Part shown: positions 55,822 to 64,000 of the stretch, piece by piece | Position numbering within the stretch: the first letter of the stretch is position 1 | Layout: every line of letters begins with the position of its first letter | NCBI GenBank assembly: GCA_020850755.1 | Contig: JADZEB010000025.1 | Span: 9,546-73,545, forward strand | Direction of reading: 5' to 3' | From: Alphaproteobacteria bacterium | GTDB lineage: Bacteria > Pseudomonadota > Alphaproteobacteria > Acetobacterales > Acetobacteraceae | DNA length: 64,000 nt | The notes under the pieces: model-generated | Database searches by the model: none | What the model saw: the letters and a program-made list of their open reading frames with translations, nothing else | Told to the model about the DNA's origin: nothing | Position numbers and translations under genes: made by a program

Positions 55822-57780
55822 ATGTCTGCCGACCAGTTCAAGCATCTCCTGTCGCCGATCACGATCGGCAATGTGCAGATCCGCAACCGCTCCCTGTCCA
55901 CCGCGCATGGCACGGGCTTCGCCGTCGCGGGCAAGGTCTCCGACCGGCTGATCGCCTACCATGTCGAGCGCGCGCGCGGCGGCATCGGCCTGATCATCAT
56001 GGAGGCTACCTCGGTCGATACCTCCACGGTCGGGGCCGGCTTGAGCGGCTCCTATCTGCGCAATGCCGATGACAGCGTGATCCCCGGCTACAGGCAGCTC
56101 TCGGCCGCCGTGCATGCCGAGGGAGCGAAGATCTTCAGCATGCTGTCGCATTCGGGGCGCAACACCTCGATGGCGGCCGATGGCGCGCCGGCGCTCGCCC
56201 CCTCGCCGATCCCGATGGACCGCACCCGCGACATCCCCCACGAGCTCGAGGAGGACGAGATCGCCGCCCTGGTCGCGGCCTTCGGCGCCGCCGCGCGGCG
56301 CTGCCGTGAAGGCGGGCTCGATGGCGTCGAGCTCTCCTACACCCATGGCAACCTGGTGCAGTCATTCATCTCGCCACTCTCGAATAAGCGGACGGACCGC
56401 TATGGCGGCTCGGAGGAGAACCGGCTGCGTTTCGCCCGCGAGGTTCTGGAAGCCACCCGCGCGGCAGTGGGGCGCGACTTCGCGCTTGGCGTGCGCTTCA
56501 GCGCGACCGAGCTCGTGCCCGGCGGCTACGAGCTCGCCGACGGCATCCGCTACGCCCAGATGATGGTCGAGTGGGGCCAGTGCGACTTCATCGACATCAG
56601 CGCCGGCTCGAACGCCAGCATGTGGAGCCGTCCGATCCACTACCCGACCCTGTTCTCGCCCGAGAAGCCGCTCGTGCCCTATGCGCGCGAGGTGAAGAAG
56701 GTCGTCGGTGTGCCGGTGATGTGCATCGGCAAGATCACCGACCCGGCCGAGGCGGAATCCATCATCGCCGCGGGCGATGCCGACATGGTCGGCATGACGC
56801 GCGCGCACATTGCCGAGCCGGCGATCATCCGCAAGATCAGCGAGGGGCGCAACGAGGATGCCCGGCCCTGCATCCACGCCAACGAGGGCTGCTTCGGGCG
56901 CAAGCAGCGCGTGGGCGACCTCGCCTGCGTGTTCAACCCGCGCACGGGCCGCGAGCACAAATGGGAGCGCATGCGCCCCGTCGGCGCGCACAAATCGGTG
57001 ATGATCATCGGCGGCGGGCCGGCCGGGCTCGAGGCGGCACGGGTCGCAGCCAAGCGCGGCCACGACGTCGTGCTGCACGAACGCACGGACTCGCTCGGCG
57101 GGCAGGTCAAGCTCCTCAGCCGCACGCCCTACCGCTCCGACTACATGGTGATCGTGAAGTGGCTGGAGCGCCAGGCGCGCAAGGCCGGTACGCTCGTGCG
57201 CCTGAACAGCGAGGTCACGGCCGAGGCGGTGCTGGCGGCCAACCCCGATGTGGTGATCGTCGCCACCGGGGCCGAGGATGCGCGCCCCGAGGTGCCGGGC
57301 GTGAACGGGCCGGGCGTGGTCAGCGCGCGCCAGCTTCTCGCCGGCGCCAATGTCGGCAAGCGCGTGGTGGTAGGCGACTGGGACGGGCGCAACATGGGCA
57401 TGTCGGTGGCCGAGGCGCTGGCCCAGCGCGGCCACGAGGTCGAGATCGTCAGCAACACCTTCTATATCGGCCAGGATGCCGAACTGATGATCTGGCGGCC
57501 GAGCTATGACCGGCTGATGAAGCTCGGCGTGCGCATGTCCGCGCTCGAGGACATCGTCGCGATCGAGCCGGGGCGCGTCGCCACCGAACGCTCCGACGGC
57601 AGCAAGCGCACGATCGAGACCGACAGCGTGGTGGTCTGCACCAAGGGGCGCGCCGAGCGCGGGCTGTGGCGCGCGCTCAAGGGCCGCGTGAAGAGCCTGC
57701 ACGCGATCGGCGATTGCTGGGCGCCGCGCCAACTCGAACAGGCGATCTTCGAGGGTGCACGCGTGGGGCGTGACATCTAG
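55822..57780 (+). CDS. Old-yellow-enzyme-type NADH:flavin oxidoreductase fused to FAD/NAD(P)-binding domain (2,4-dienoyl-CoA reductase-like)
   Basis: The N-terminal TIM barrel shows LLSPITIGNVQIRNR, ..HSGR, ..GLDGVELSYTHG.L..F.SP..N.R.D.YGGS.ENR. The Cys cluster region is CIHANEGC....C, then VMIIGGGPAGLEAA. Confidence 0.8.
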   Translation: MSADQFKHLLSPITIGNVQIRNRSLSTAHGTGFAVAGKVSDRLIAYHVERARGGIGLIIMEATSVDTSTVGAGLSGSYLRNADDSVIPGYRQLSAAVHAEGAKIFSMLSHSGRNTSMAADGAPALAPSPIPMDRTRDIPHELEEDEIAALVAAFGAAARRCREGGLDGVELSYTHGNLVQSFISPLSNKRTDRYGGSEENRLRFAREVLEATRAAVGRDFALGVRFSATELVPGGYELADGIRYAQMMVEWGQCDFIDISAGSNASMWSRPIHYPTLFSPEKPLVPYAREVKKVVGVPVMCIGKITDPAEAESIIAAGDADMVGMTRAHIAEPAIIRKISEGRNEDARPCIHANEGCFGRKQRVGDLACVFNPRTGREHKWERMRPVGAHKSVMIIGGGPAGLEAARVAAKRGHDVVLHERTDSLGGQVKLLSRTPYRSDYMVIVKWLERQARKAGTLVRLNSEVTAEAVLAANPDVVIVATGAEDARPEVPGVNGPGVVSARQLLAGANVGKRVVVGDWDGRNMGMSVAEALAQRGHEVEIVSNTFYIGQDAELMIWRPSYDRLMKLGVRMSALEDIVAIEPGRVATERSDGSKRTIETDSVVVCTKGRAERGLWRALKGRVKSLHAIGDCWAPRQLEQAIFEGARVGRDI

Positions 57781-57797
57781 CGTCCAAGCCGCGAGGC

Positions 57798-57826
57798 TTA
57801 CATTGTCGTTGCGTGGTCGATATATT
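57798..57826 (+). promoter_or_regulatory. Sigma70-like promoter (TTACAT, 17 nt spacer, TATATT) for the downstream ABC operon
   Basis: TTACAT 57798-57803, a 17-nt spacer, TATATT 57821-57826. It lies about 60 nt upstream of ATG 57889, which is preceded by AAGGGAGG. Confidence 0.4.
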
Positions 57827-57888
57827 TGTTCCCCAATCCGGAACGGATCGGCACGAAACAGGAACGAGAACAGCAAAGGGAGGCTTCG

Positions 57889-59538
57889 ATGACCAGCATA
57901 GTGCGCAATACCGAAAACGGATCCGCGGGCGCCCACCCCGCCGCGGCGGCCGCCGGGTCGCAACAGGCCGGGCGCCTGAGCCGACGCGGCGTGCTGCTGG
58001 CTGCCGCGGCGATGGGTATAGCCCTTGCACCAGCACGTGGCGTCGCGCAGGGCTCCGCGGCACGCACGAACCTGCTCACGGTTGCGCTGCCAAACGACCC
58101 GCCAACACTCGATCCCACCACGAACACGAACAACGTCACCTCGATCATCACGCAGAACGTGTTCGAGACCCTTTACACCTACGATGCGGCCTGGAACATC
58201 GTGCCGATGCTGGCCGATGGCGCACCAACCTTCGCCGACGATGGCAAGCGCGTCGGCATCCGCCTCCGCGCCGGGGTGAAGTTCCACGACGGCAGCACCA
58301 TGAGTGCGGCCGACGTGGTCGCCTCGCTCGAACGCTTCCTCAAGCTCTCCCCGCGCGGAGGACAGAGCATGGCGCGCATCACGGATGGCGTCACGGCCAC
58401 AGGCCCGCTCGCGATCGAGATCCGATTGAAGTCGCCCTATGCGCCGCTGCTGCAGATGCTGTCCTTCTTCAGCGCCGCGCCCGCGATCCTGCCCGAGGCG
58501 AAGGCCAAGGGCGCGATGGGCGGGCCTCTTGCCGCCATCGGCGACTATATCGGCACGGGCCCATACCGGCTGGTGGAGCGGCGTGCCGACCAGTATGTGC
58601 GCCTCGAGAGGTTCGCCGACTACTCCGCGCTGAGCACCGCCCCCTCGGGCTATGCCGGCAAGCGCTCGGCGCTGGTCAACGAGGTGCGGTTCATACCCGT
58701 GCCGAATGCCAACACCCGCGTGCAGAGCGTGCTTTCCGGCCAGTATCTGGTCGCCGACGGTCTCAGCACCGAGCTCTACAACGAGATCAAGGCCAACCCG
58801 AACGTCGAGCCGATGGTGGTCGACAATGGCGGCTGGCTCCTGTTCGTCATGAATATGCGCCAGGGGCTTGGCACGAATGCCGGCATCCGTCGCGCTGTGC
58901 AGGCCGCACTCGACCCCGAAAGCATGCTGCTGGCCGGCTTCGGCTCGCCGCAGTTCTTCAAGGCCAACAGCTCGATCTATCCCGAGGGGACGGTGTTCCA
59001 CTCGCGCGAGGGCGCACAGCTCTATGCCCAGAAGAACCCGCAGCGAGCGCGCCAGCTTCTGGCCCAGGCCGGCTACCGCAACGAGCCGTTCCGTATCCTC
59101 ACCGGCACCCAGTACGACTTCATCTACAAGGGTGCCCTGGTGGCGGCCGAGAATTTGCGCGCGGCCGGCATGAATGTGCGCGTCGATGTGATGGACTGGG
59201 CCGCGGTGCTGGAGAAGCGCTACGACGCCTCGGTCTGGGACTGCTTCCTCACGCTGCACAATTTCGTACCCGAGCCGAGCCTTATCGCGACCTTCAATCC
59301 CGGCTTCGCAGGTTGGTGGGACACCGAGCAGAAGCGCGCTGCCCTCGGCCGCTTCAACTCGACCTTCGATCCGGCGCAGCGTGCCGTGGCGTGGAACGAC
59401 CTGCACCGGATCATGGCCGAGGATGCCGCCAATCTGCTGATCGGAACCTATTTCGGCCTGCGCGCCTACAACAAGCGGGTGGAGGGAGTGCAGCCCTTGC
59501 TGCAGGCTCCGTTCTGGAACGTCTCGATCAAGTCGTAG
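57889..59538 (+). CDS. ABC transporter substrate-binding protein, family 5, Tat signal
   Basis: The leader is LSRRGVLLAAAAMGIALAPARG. RLRAGVKFHDGSTMSAADVVASLERF is typical of SBP_bac_5. Confidence 0.85.
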   Translation: MTSIVRNTENGSAGAHPAAAAAGSQQAGRLSRRGVLLAAAAMGIALAPARGVAQGSAARTNLLTVALPNDPPTLDPTTNTNNVTSIITQNVFETLYTYDAAWNIVPMLADGAPTFADDGKRVGIRLRAGVKFHDGSTMSAADVVASLERFLKLSPRGGQSMARITDGVTATGPLAIEIRLKSPYAPLLQMLSFFSAAPAILPEAKAKGAMGGPLAAIGDYIGTGPYRLVERRADQYVRLERFADYSALSTAPSGYAGKRSALVNEVRFIPVPNANTRVQSVLSGQYLVADGLSTELYNEIKANPNVEPMVVDNGGWLLFVMNMRQGLGTNAGIRRAVQAALDPESMLLAGFGSPQFFKANSSIYPEGTVFHSREGAQLYAQKNPQRARQLLAQAGYRNEPFRILTGTQYDFIYKGALVAAENLRAAGMNVRVDVMDWAAVLEKRYDASVWDCFLTLHNFVPEPSLIATFNPGFAGWWDTEQKRAALGRFNSTFDPAQRAVAWNDLHRIMAEDAANLLIGTYFGLRAYNKRVEGVQPLLQAPFWNVSIKS

Positions 59539-59559
59539 GCAGCACCAACGGACCGATCG

Positions 59560-60510
59560 ATGTTTCGCGCGGTATCGAACCGGCTGGGCAGCATCGCCAC
59601 GGTGATGTTCATCGTCGCCACGGTGGTGTTCGTGATCTCACGGGTGATTCCGGGGGATCCCGCGAGCGTCGTTCTCGGAGCTGCCGCGACACAGGACGAG
59701 ATCGCGCGGCTGCGGATCGATTGGGGGCTGGATAAGCCCCTGATCGTTCAGTATGTCGCCTTTCTCGGCCAGCTGATCCGGCTTGATTTCGGCACGTCGC
59801 TGTTCCTCGGCCAGCCGGTCGCAGCGGCGATGCTCGAGCGCGCCGAGCTCACCATCAGCCTCTGCATCCTCGCCACCCTGATCTCGGTGCTGTTCGGCAT
59901 GCCGCTTGGCATCCTGGCCGGCGCGCGGCGCGACGGGCTGTTCGACCGGCTGGGCTCGGCCCTGGCAATCCTCGGCGCTAGCCTGCCCTCCTTCTGGGTC
60001 GGGCTCATCCTGATCCGCTTCCTTGCCGTCGATCTCGGCTGGTTCCCGGTCTCGGGGTGGGGCGGGCCGGAGGCGGGCTGGGCGGAACGGCTGCACCATC
60101 TCATCCTGCCAGGCGTGGTGCTGTCGCTACCCAATGCCGTGCTGCTCCTGCGCATCACGCGCACCAGCATGATCGACGTGATGTCGCAGGACTATATCCG
60201 CACCGCGCGCGCCAAGGGCCTTGGGCCCTCGGTGGTGATCCTCCGCCATGCGCTGCGCAACGCCCTACTGCCCGTTGTCACCGTGATCGGGCTCACCGCC
60301 GCGCTGATGATCGGGCGCACAGTCGTCACCGAGACCGTGTTCGGCCTGCCGGGCATAGGCAATCTTGTCGTGCAGGCGGTGCTCAGGCGCGACTATCCGG
60401 TGCTCCAGGGTGTGCTGATGACAGTCGCCGGCCTCTATGTCGTGATCAACCTGATCGTCGATCTGCTCTATCGCTGGATCGATCCGCGCGTGCGCGGGAG
60501 CTTGCAATGA
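59560..60510 (+). CDS. ABC transporter permease (DppB-like)
   Basis: VIPGDP motif, YIRTARAKGL loop and RDYPVLQG. Confidence 0.85.
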   Translation: MFRAVSNRLGSIATVMFIVATVVFVISRVIPGDPASVVLGAAATQDEIARLRIDWGLDKPLIVQYVAFLGQLIRLDFGTSLFLGQPVAAAMLERAELTISLCILATLISVLFGMPLGILAGARRDGLFDRLGSALAILGASLPSFWVGLILIRFLAVDLGWFPVSGWGGPEAGWAERLHHLILPGVVLSLPNAVLLLRITRTSMIDVMSQDYIRTARAKGLGPSVVILRHALRNALLPVVTVIGLTAALMIGRTVVTETVFGLPGIGNLVVQAVLRRDYPVLQGVLMTVAGLYVVINLIVDLLYRWIDPRVRGSLQ

Positions 60511-61322
60511 TCCGCGATCTGCTGGAGCGGCGGAAGCTCGTGCTGCTCGCGATACTCCTGCTTGCCGCAATGCTTGCCGCCTCCTGGTTCTCGGGCGCCG
60601 ACCCGCAGCGGATCAATATCGTCCAGCGCCTGAAGCCGCCCTCCTTCGTGAACCTTTTCGGCACCGACGATTTCGGCCGCGACGTCTTCGCGCGCGTGGC
60701 GCATGGCGCACGCATGTCGCTGCTCATCGGCCTGCTTGTCACCATCGTGGCATCGCTGATCGGCGCCGCGCTCGGGCTGCTTGCGGGCTTCTTCCGACGG
60801 CTCGATGCGGCCTTGTCGCGCGTTCTCGACGCGCTCATGTCCTTCCCCGACATCCTGCTTGCCATCGCATTGATGGCGGCGTTCGGCCCGAGCCTGTTCA
60901 ACGTCGTGCTCGCGCTGGGCCTTGCCTACTCTCCGCGTATCGGGCGCGTGGTGCGCGCAGGCACCCTCGCCCTCCGCCAGGCACCCTATATCGAGGCGGC
61001 AACGGCCATGGGCGCATCCAGCCTGCGTCTGCTTGTGGTGCATGTGCTGCCGAACGTGATGCCGCTCCTCCTGGTCCAGGGCACCTTCGTTTTCGCCTTC
61101 GCGCTGCTGACGGAATCCGCGCTTTCCTTCCTGGGCACCGGCGTGCCGCCCGAGGTGCCGACCCTCGGCAACATGATCGCCTCGAGCCAGCTCTATTTCC
61201 GCTCGGCGGCCTGGACCATGCTGTTCCCGGGTGCCGCTATTGCGCTTGCGGTGCTGAGCCTGCAGGTCATCGGCGACTGGCTCCGGGACACGCTCGACCC
61301 CATCCTGCGGAACGTGCGCTGA
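60507..61322 (+). CDS. ABC transporter permease (DppC-like)
   Basis: FGTDDFGRDVFARVAHGAR motif. ATGA overlap with the upstream gene. Confidence 0.85.
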   Translation: MIRDLLERRKLVLLAILLLAAMLAASWFSGADPQRINIVQRLKPPSFVNLFGTDDFGRDVFARVAHGARMSLLIGLLVTIVASLIGAALGLLAGFFRRLDAALSRVLDALMSFPDILLAIALMAAFGPSLFNVVLALGLAYSPRIGRVVRAGTLALRQAPYIEAATAMGASSLRLLVVHVLPNVMPLLLVQGTFVFAFALLTESALSFLGTGVPPEVPTLGNMIASSQLYFRSAAWTMLFPGAAIALAVLSLQVIGDWLRDTLDPILRNVR

Positions 61323-62326
61323 TGGGGGACACCACGGTGCTCGCGGTCGAGAACCTCTCGGTCGAGTTCCGCTCGCGCCGGCGCATCGTGCGCGCCGTAT
61401 CGGATGTCAGCTTCACGCTCAAGGCCGGGCGCACCTTCGCCCTCGTGGGCGAGTCCGGGTCGGGCAAGTCGGTGACCAGCCTGGCGATCATGCGCCTGCT
61501 CGCGGCCCCGGCCGGGCGCATCACCGGGGGCAGCGTCACGCTGCATGCGCCGGACGGGCCGCTCGCGCTCACCGCGCTCAGCGAGCGCGCCATGCGCGCG
61601 GTGCGCGGGCGGCAGATCGCGATGATCTTCCAGGAGCCCATGACCAGCCTCAACCCACTGTTCACGGTGGGCGACCAGATCGCCGAGGTTGCGCGCCATC
61701 ATCTCGGCACCTCGCGCGCAGAGGCGTTCAAGGGCGCCGTTGCGCTGCTCGACCGCGTCGGCATCCCGGCCGCGGCGCATCGCGCGCATGCCTATCCGCA
61801 CGAGCTTTCGGGGGGCATGCGCCAGCGTGCGATGATCGCGATGGCGCTCGCCTGCAAGCCGCTGGTGATGATTGCCGACGAACCCACCACCGCGCTCGAC
61901 GTCACCGTCCAGGCGCAGATGCTGGAGTTGATCCGCGAGTTGCAGGATGAAACCGGCATGGCAGTGCTGTTCATCACCCACAATCTCGGCGTCGTGGCCG
62001 AGATCGCGAGCGAGGTCGCGGTGATGTATGGCGGACAGATCGTCGAGCGGGGCGAGGCTGGGGCGATCTTCGCGGCGCCACGCCATCCCTACACCCGCGG
62101 CCTGCTCGACAGCCTGCCGCCCGAGATCGATTCCAACATGCCTGTGCGGGCCCCGCTCAAGGCGATACCGGGATCCGTGGTCGATCTCGCCGCGCTGCCG
62201 CCCGGCTGCCGTTTCGCGCCCCGTTGCGCCTGGCGTCAGCCCCGCTGCGAGACGGGCGCGATCGCACTCGACGCCGACCCCGCCAACCGGCTGGTCCGCT
62301 GCGTCCGCGCGCAGGAGGTGGCATGA
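61322..62326 (+). CDS. ABC transporter ATP-binding protein (DppD-like)
   Basis: [27 protein letters not shown] and [10 protein letters not shown]. Confidence 0.85.
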   Translation: MGDTTVLAVENLSVEFRSRRRIVRAVSDVSFTLKAGRTFALVGESGSGKSVTSLAIMRLLAAPAGRITGGSVTLHAPDGPLALTALSERAMRAVRGRQIAMIFQEPMTSLNPLFTVGDQIAEVARHHLGTSRAEAFKGAVALLDRVGIPAAAHRAHAYPHELSGGMRQRAMIAMALACKPLVMIADEPTTALDVTVQAQMLELIRELQDETGMAVLFITHNLGVVAEIASEVAVMYGGQIVERGEAGAIFAAPRHPYTRGLLDSLPPEIDSNMPVRAPLKAIPGSVVDLAALPPGCRFAPRCAWRQPRCETGAIALDADPANRLVRCVRAQEVA

Positions 62327-63309
62327 CCGACCTGCTTAGCGTCGAGGGTCTGCGCAAGGAATTCGCGATCCCGCAGCCCGGGCTGTTCGGCACTACCGTG
62401 CGCTTTGCCGCCGTGGACAATGTCAGCTTCACCATCGGCCGCGGCGAGGTGCTCGGGCTGGTGGGCGAATCCGGCAGCGGCAAGACCACGGTCGGACGCT
62501 GCATCGTCGGCCTCGCCCGGCCTGAGGGCGGGCGCATGCTGTTCGACGGCGAGGACCTTGCCACCCTCTCCGGTGTCGCCCGGCACCGCGTCCGTCGGCG
62601 CATCCAGATCGTGTTCCAGGACCCCTTCTCAAGCCTCAATCCGCGCCTGCGCGTCGGCCGCACGGTGGCCGAGCCGATGGTCATCCACGGCCTTTGCGTC
62701 TCGCGCACCGAGCGGCGGGAACGCGTGCGCGCGTTGCTGGCGGAAGTGGGGCTGCCCCCGGATGCCGAGCATCGCTTCCCGCATGAATTCTCGGGCGGGC
62801 AGCGCCAGCGCATCGGCATCGCCCGCGCGCTCGCGGCCGAGCCCGACCTGATCATCGCCGACGAGCCGGTCTCCGCGCTCGACGTGTCAGTTCAGGCGCA
62901 GGTGCTCAACCTGCTGGCGGAGCTTCAGGCGAGGCACGCGCTCTCGATCCTGTTCATCTCGCACGATCTCGATGTGGTGCGCCATCTCTGCGATCGGGTT
63001 CTGGTGATGTATGCCGGCCGCCTTGTGGAGGTCGGGCCGAGCGCCGATCTCGTCCGCCATCCCGCACATCCCTACACACGCGCGCTGCTTTCGGCCGTGC
63101 CACGCCGCACGACCAAGGCTCAGGGCGGACGTATCGTGCTTTCCGGGGAGATTCCAAGCCCGCTTGCCCCGCCCTCGGGCTGCATCTTCCGCACCCGCTG
63201 CCCGAAGGCCGTGGCCGCCTGCGCAGAGGCGGTCCCGCCGCTGGCCGAGGTGGCAGCCGGGCGGCTTGCCGCCTGCTCCAACCCCGCCGCCCTGTTCGCC
63301 ACCGACTGA
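62323..63309 (+). CDS. ABC transporter ATP-binding protein (DppF-like)
   Basis: [36 protein letters not shown] and PSGCIFRTRC. ATGA overlap with the upstream gene. Confidence 0.85.
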   Translation: MTDLLSVEGLRKEFAIPQPGLFGTTVRFAAVDNVSFTIGRGEVLGLVGESGSGKTTVGRCIVGLARPEGGRMLFDGEDLATLSGVARHRVRRRIQIVFQDPFSSLNPRLRVGRTVAEPMVIHGLCVSRTERRERVRALLAEVGLPPDAEHRFPHEFSGGQRQRIGIARALAAEPDLIIADEPVSALDVSVQAQVLNLLAELQARHALSILFISHDLDVVRHLCDRVLVMYAGRLVEVGPSADLVRHPAHPYTRALLSAVPRRTTKAQGGRIVLSGEIPSPLAPPSGCIFRTRCPKAVAACAEAVPPLAEVAAGRLAACSNPAALFATD

Positions 63310-63329
63310 CCGCACGCACCGGAGCCCGC

Positions 63330-63689
63330 ATGACAGCACCACCCCGAGAGCCGCCAGGAACCGAGCAGGCGGGAGCGCGCGCGGGTCGCGCGCGCTGGGT
63401 GCGCGTGGCGCGCTTCACCGGCGTGCCGGTGCGCGTCAGCGTCGATGGAATCGCTCACGAGGCGCATGCCGGCGAAAGCGTGCTATCCGCCGTGCTTGCG
63501 GTGCTCGGCCATGCGCGGCTGAACGAGTTCGATGGCGGCAAGCGCGCCGGCTTCTGCGTGATGGGCGCGTGCCAGGATTGCTGGGTCTGGGTCGATGGCG
63601 GCCGGCGCGTGCGCGGCTGCGGCACGGAAGTGGCCGAGGGAATGGCGATCTCCACCTCCGCACCGCGCCTGGAGGCGGCCGATGGCTAG
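63330..63689 (+). CDS. (2Fe-2S)-binding protein, HcnA / opine-oxidase small subunit / sarcosine-oxidase-alpha N-terminal-like
   Basis: 119 aa with the FCVMGACQDCWVWVDG....GC cysteine pattern (C-x4-C-x2-C...C). Confidence 0.65.
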   Translation: MTAPPREPPGTEQAGARAGRARWVRVARFTGVPVRVSVDGIAHEAHAGESVLSAVLAVLGHARLNEFDGGKRAGFCVMGACQDCWVWVDGGRRVRGCGTEVAEGMAISTSAPRLEAADG

Positions 63690-64000
63690 GGCGGTCATTG
63701 TCGGCGCCGGGCCAGCCGGCATCACTGCCGCAGCGACGCTGGCCGCACGCGGTGTCGATGTCGTGCTGATCGAGGAGGGACGGCGCGGCGGCGGGCAAGG
63801 CTATCGCGCTGCGCCACCCGGACTCGACCTGCCGATGAGGCGGCTCCTTGGCGGCGATCTCGCCGCCTGGAGGCGCATCCAGGCGCGGTTCGTCGCCCTC
63901 ACCATGCCCATGAAGGGCCTGCATGAGCGTTTCCCGGGCTTCGCCGGGCAGGTGGAATTCCGCCCCGGCACGCTCGCCTGGAACATCGCCGACAGTGTCG
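63682..64000 (+). CDS. FAD/NAD(P)-binding oxidoreductase (HcnB / opine oxidase subunit A-like), 5' part only
   Basis: Absent from the ORF track because it has no stop in the window. Manual translation gives MARAVIVGAGPAGITAAATLAARGVDVVLIEEGRRGGGQ..., a GxGxxG dinucleotide fold followed by an acidic residue. The start overlaps the upstream stop (ATGGCTAG). Confidence 0.6.
   Translation, partial: MARAVIVGAGPAGITAAATLAARGVDVVLIEEGRRGGGQGYRAAPPGLDLPMRRLLGGDLAAWRRIQARFVALTMPMKGLHERFPGFAGQVEFRPGTLAWNIADSV

Noticed and set aside
56362-59406. 1014-aa minus-strand ORF spanning the OYE reductase and SBP genes. The same pattern applies to 17470-19485(-), 24309-26009(-), 39799-41544(-), 42518-44527(-), 53267-55705(-) and 13510-14949(+).
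   Set aside because: These are shadow ORFs opposite well-supported genes. They show no recognisable domains, cross intergenic regions and promoters, and their composition is dominated by Arg/Gly/Ala/His/Asp.

Overview
High-GC, densely coding window, probably alphaproteobacterial (inference from composition and gene content only). I support about 57 CDS and could not recognise any rRNA, tRNA, CRISPR array, transposase, integrase or phage gene by eye. There are three blocks. (i) 1-11485 is a minus-strand, tightly packed or overlapping 11-gene glycan cluster. It combines nucleotide-heptose genes (GmhA, and an HldE-like enzyme with its two domains in swapped order) with a UDP-galactopyranose-mutase-like flavoenzyme, an SDR epimerase/dehydratase, a C-methyltransferase, a TylF-like O-methyltransferase and two glycosyltransferases. 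At its 3' end sit a Gfo/Idh/MocA oxidoreductase, a divergent DAHP/KDO8P-synthase-family aldolase and an AroE-like dehydrogenase. This is my best candidate for an undescribed pathway, making a methylated, possibly furanosidic heptose plus a 3-deoxy-ulosonic acid. (ii) 11608-12375 encodes a glutaredoxin-fold/DinB-like fusion whose frame is broken only by a TGA at the first Cys of the CxxC motif (U-T-S-C). It has its own promoter and SD and a downstream hairpin, so it is a candidate selenoprotein; the alternative is a very recent pseudogene. (iii) 12.4-64 kb is a transport and catabolism mosaic. It holds three Dpp/Opp-type ABC systems, one of them with an embedded M81/MlrC-like peptidase. It also holds a Pot-type ABC system interleaved with hydantoinase A/B, a TAXI-TRAP system, a CPA2 antiporter, and an ALDH7-like/saccharopine-DH-like/IclR unit. 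A CoA-ligase/hydratase/OYE set and the start of an opine- or HCN-oxidase-like 2Fe-2S/FAD pair complete it. Small-scale structure not explained by genes includes a 17-bp tandem repeat, a (GGCTA)n microsatellite, an in-frame 15-bp coding repeat, an AT-rich island with a perfect palindrome, and a four-half-site operator-like array. All functional calls come from motif recognition by eye, and no database search was run.
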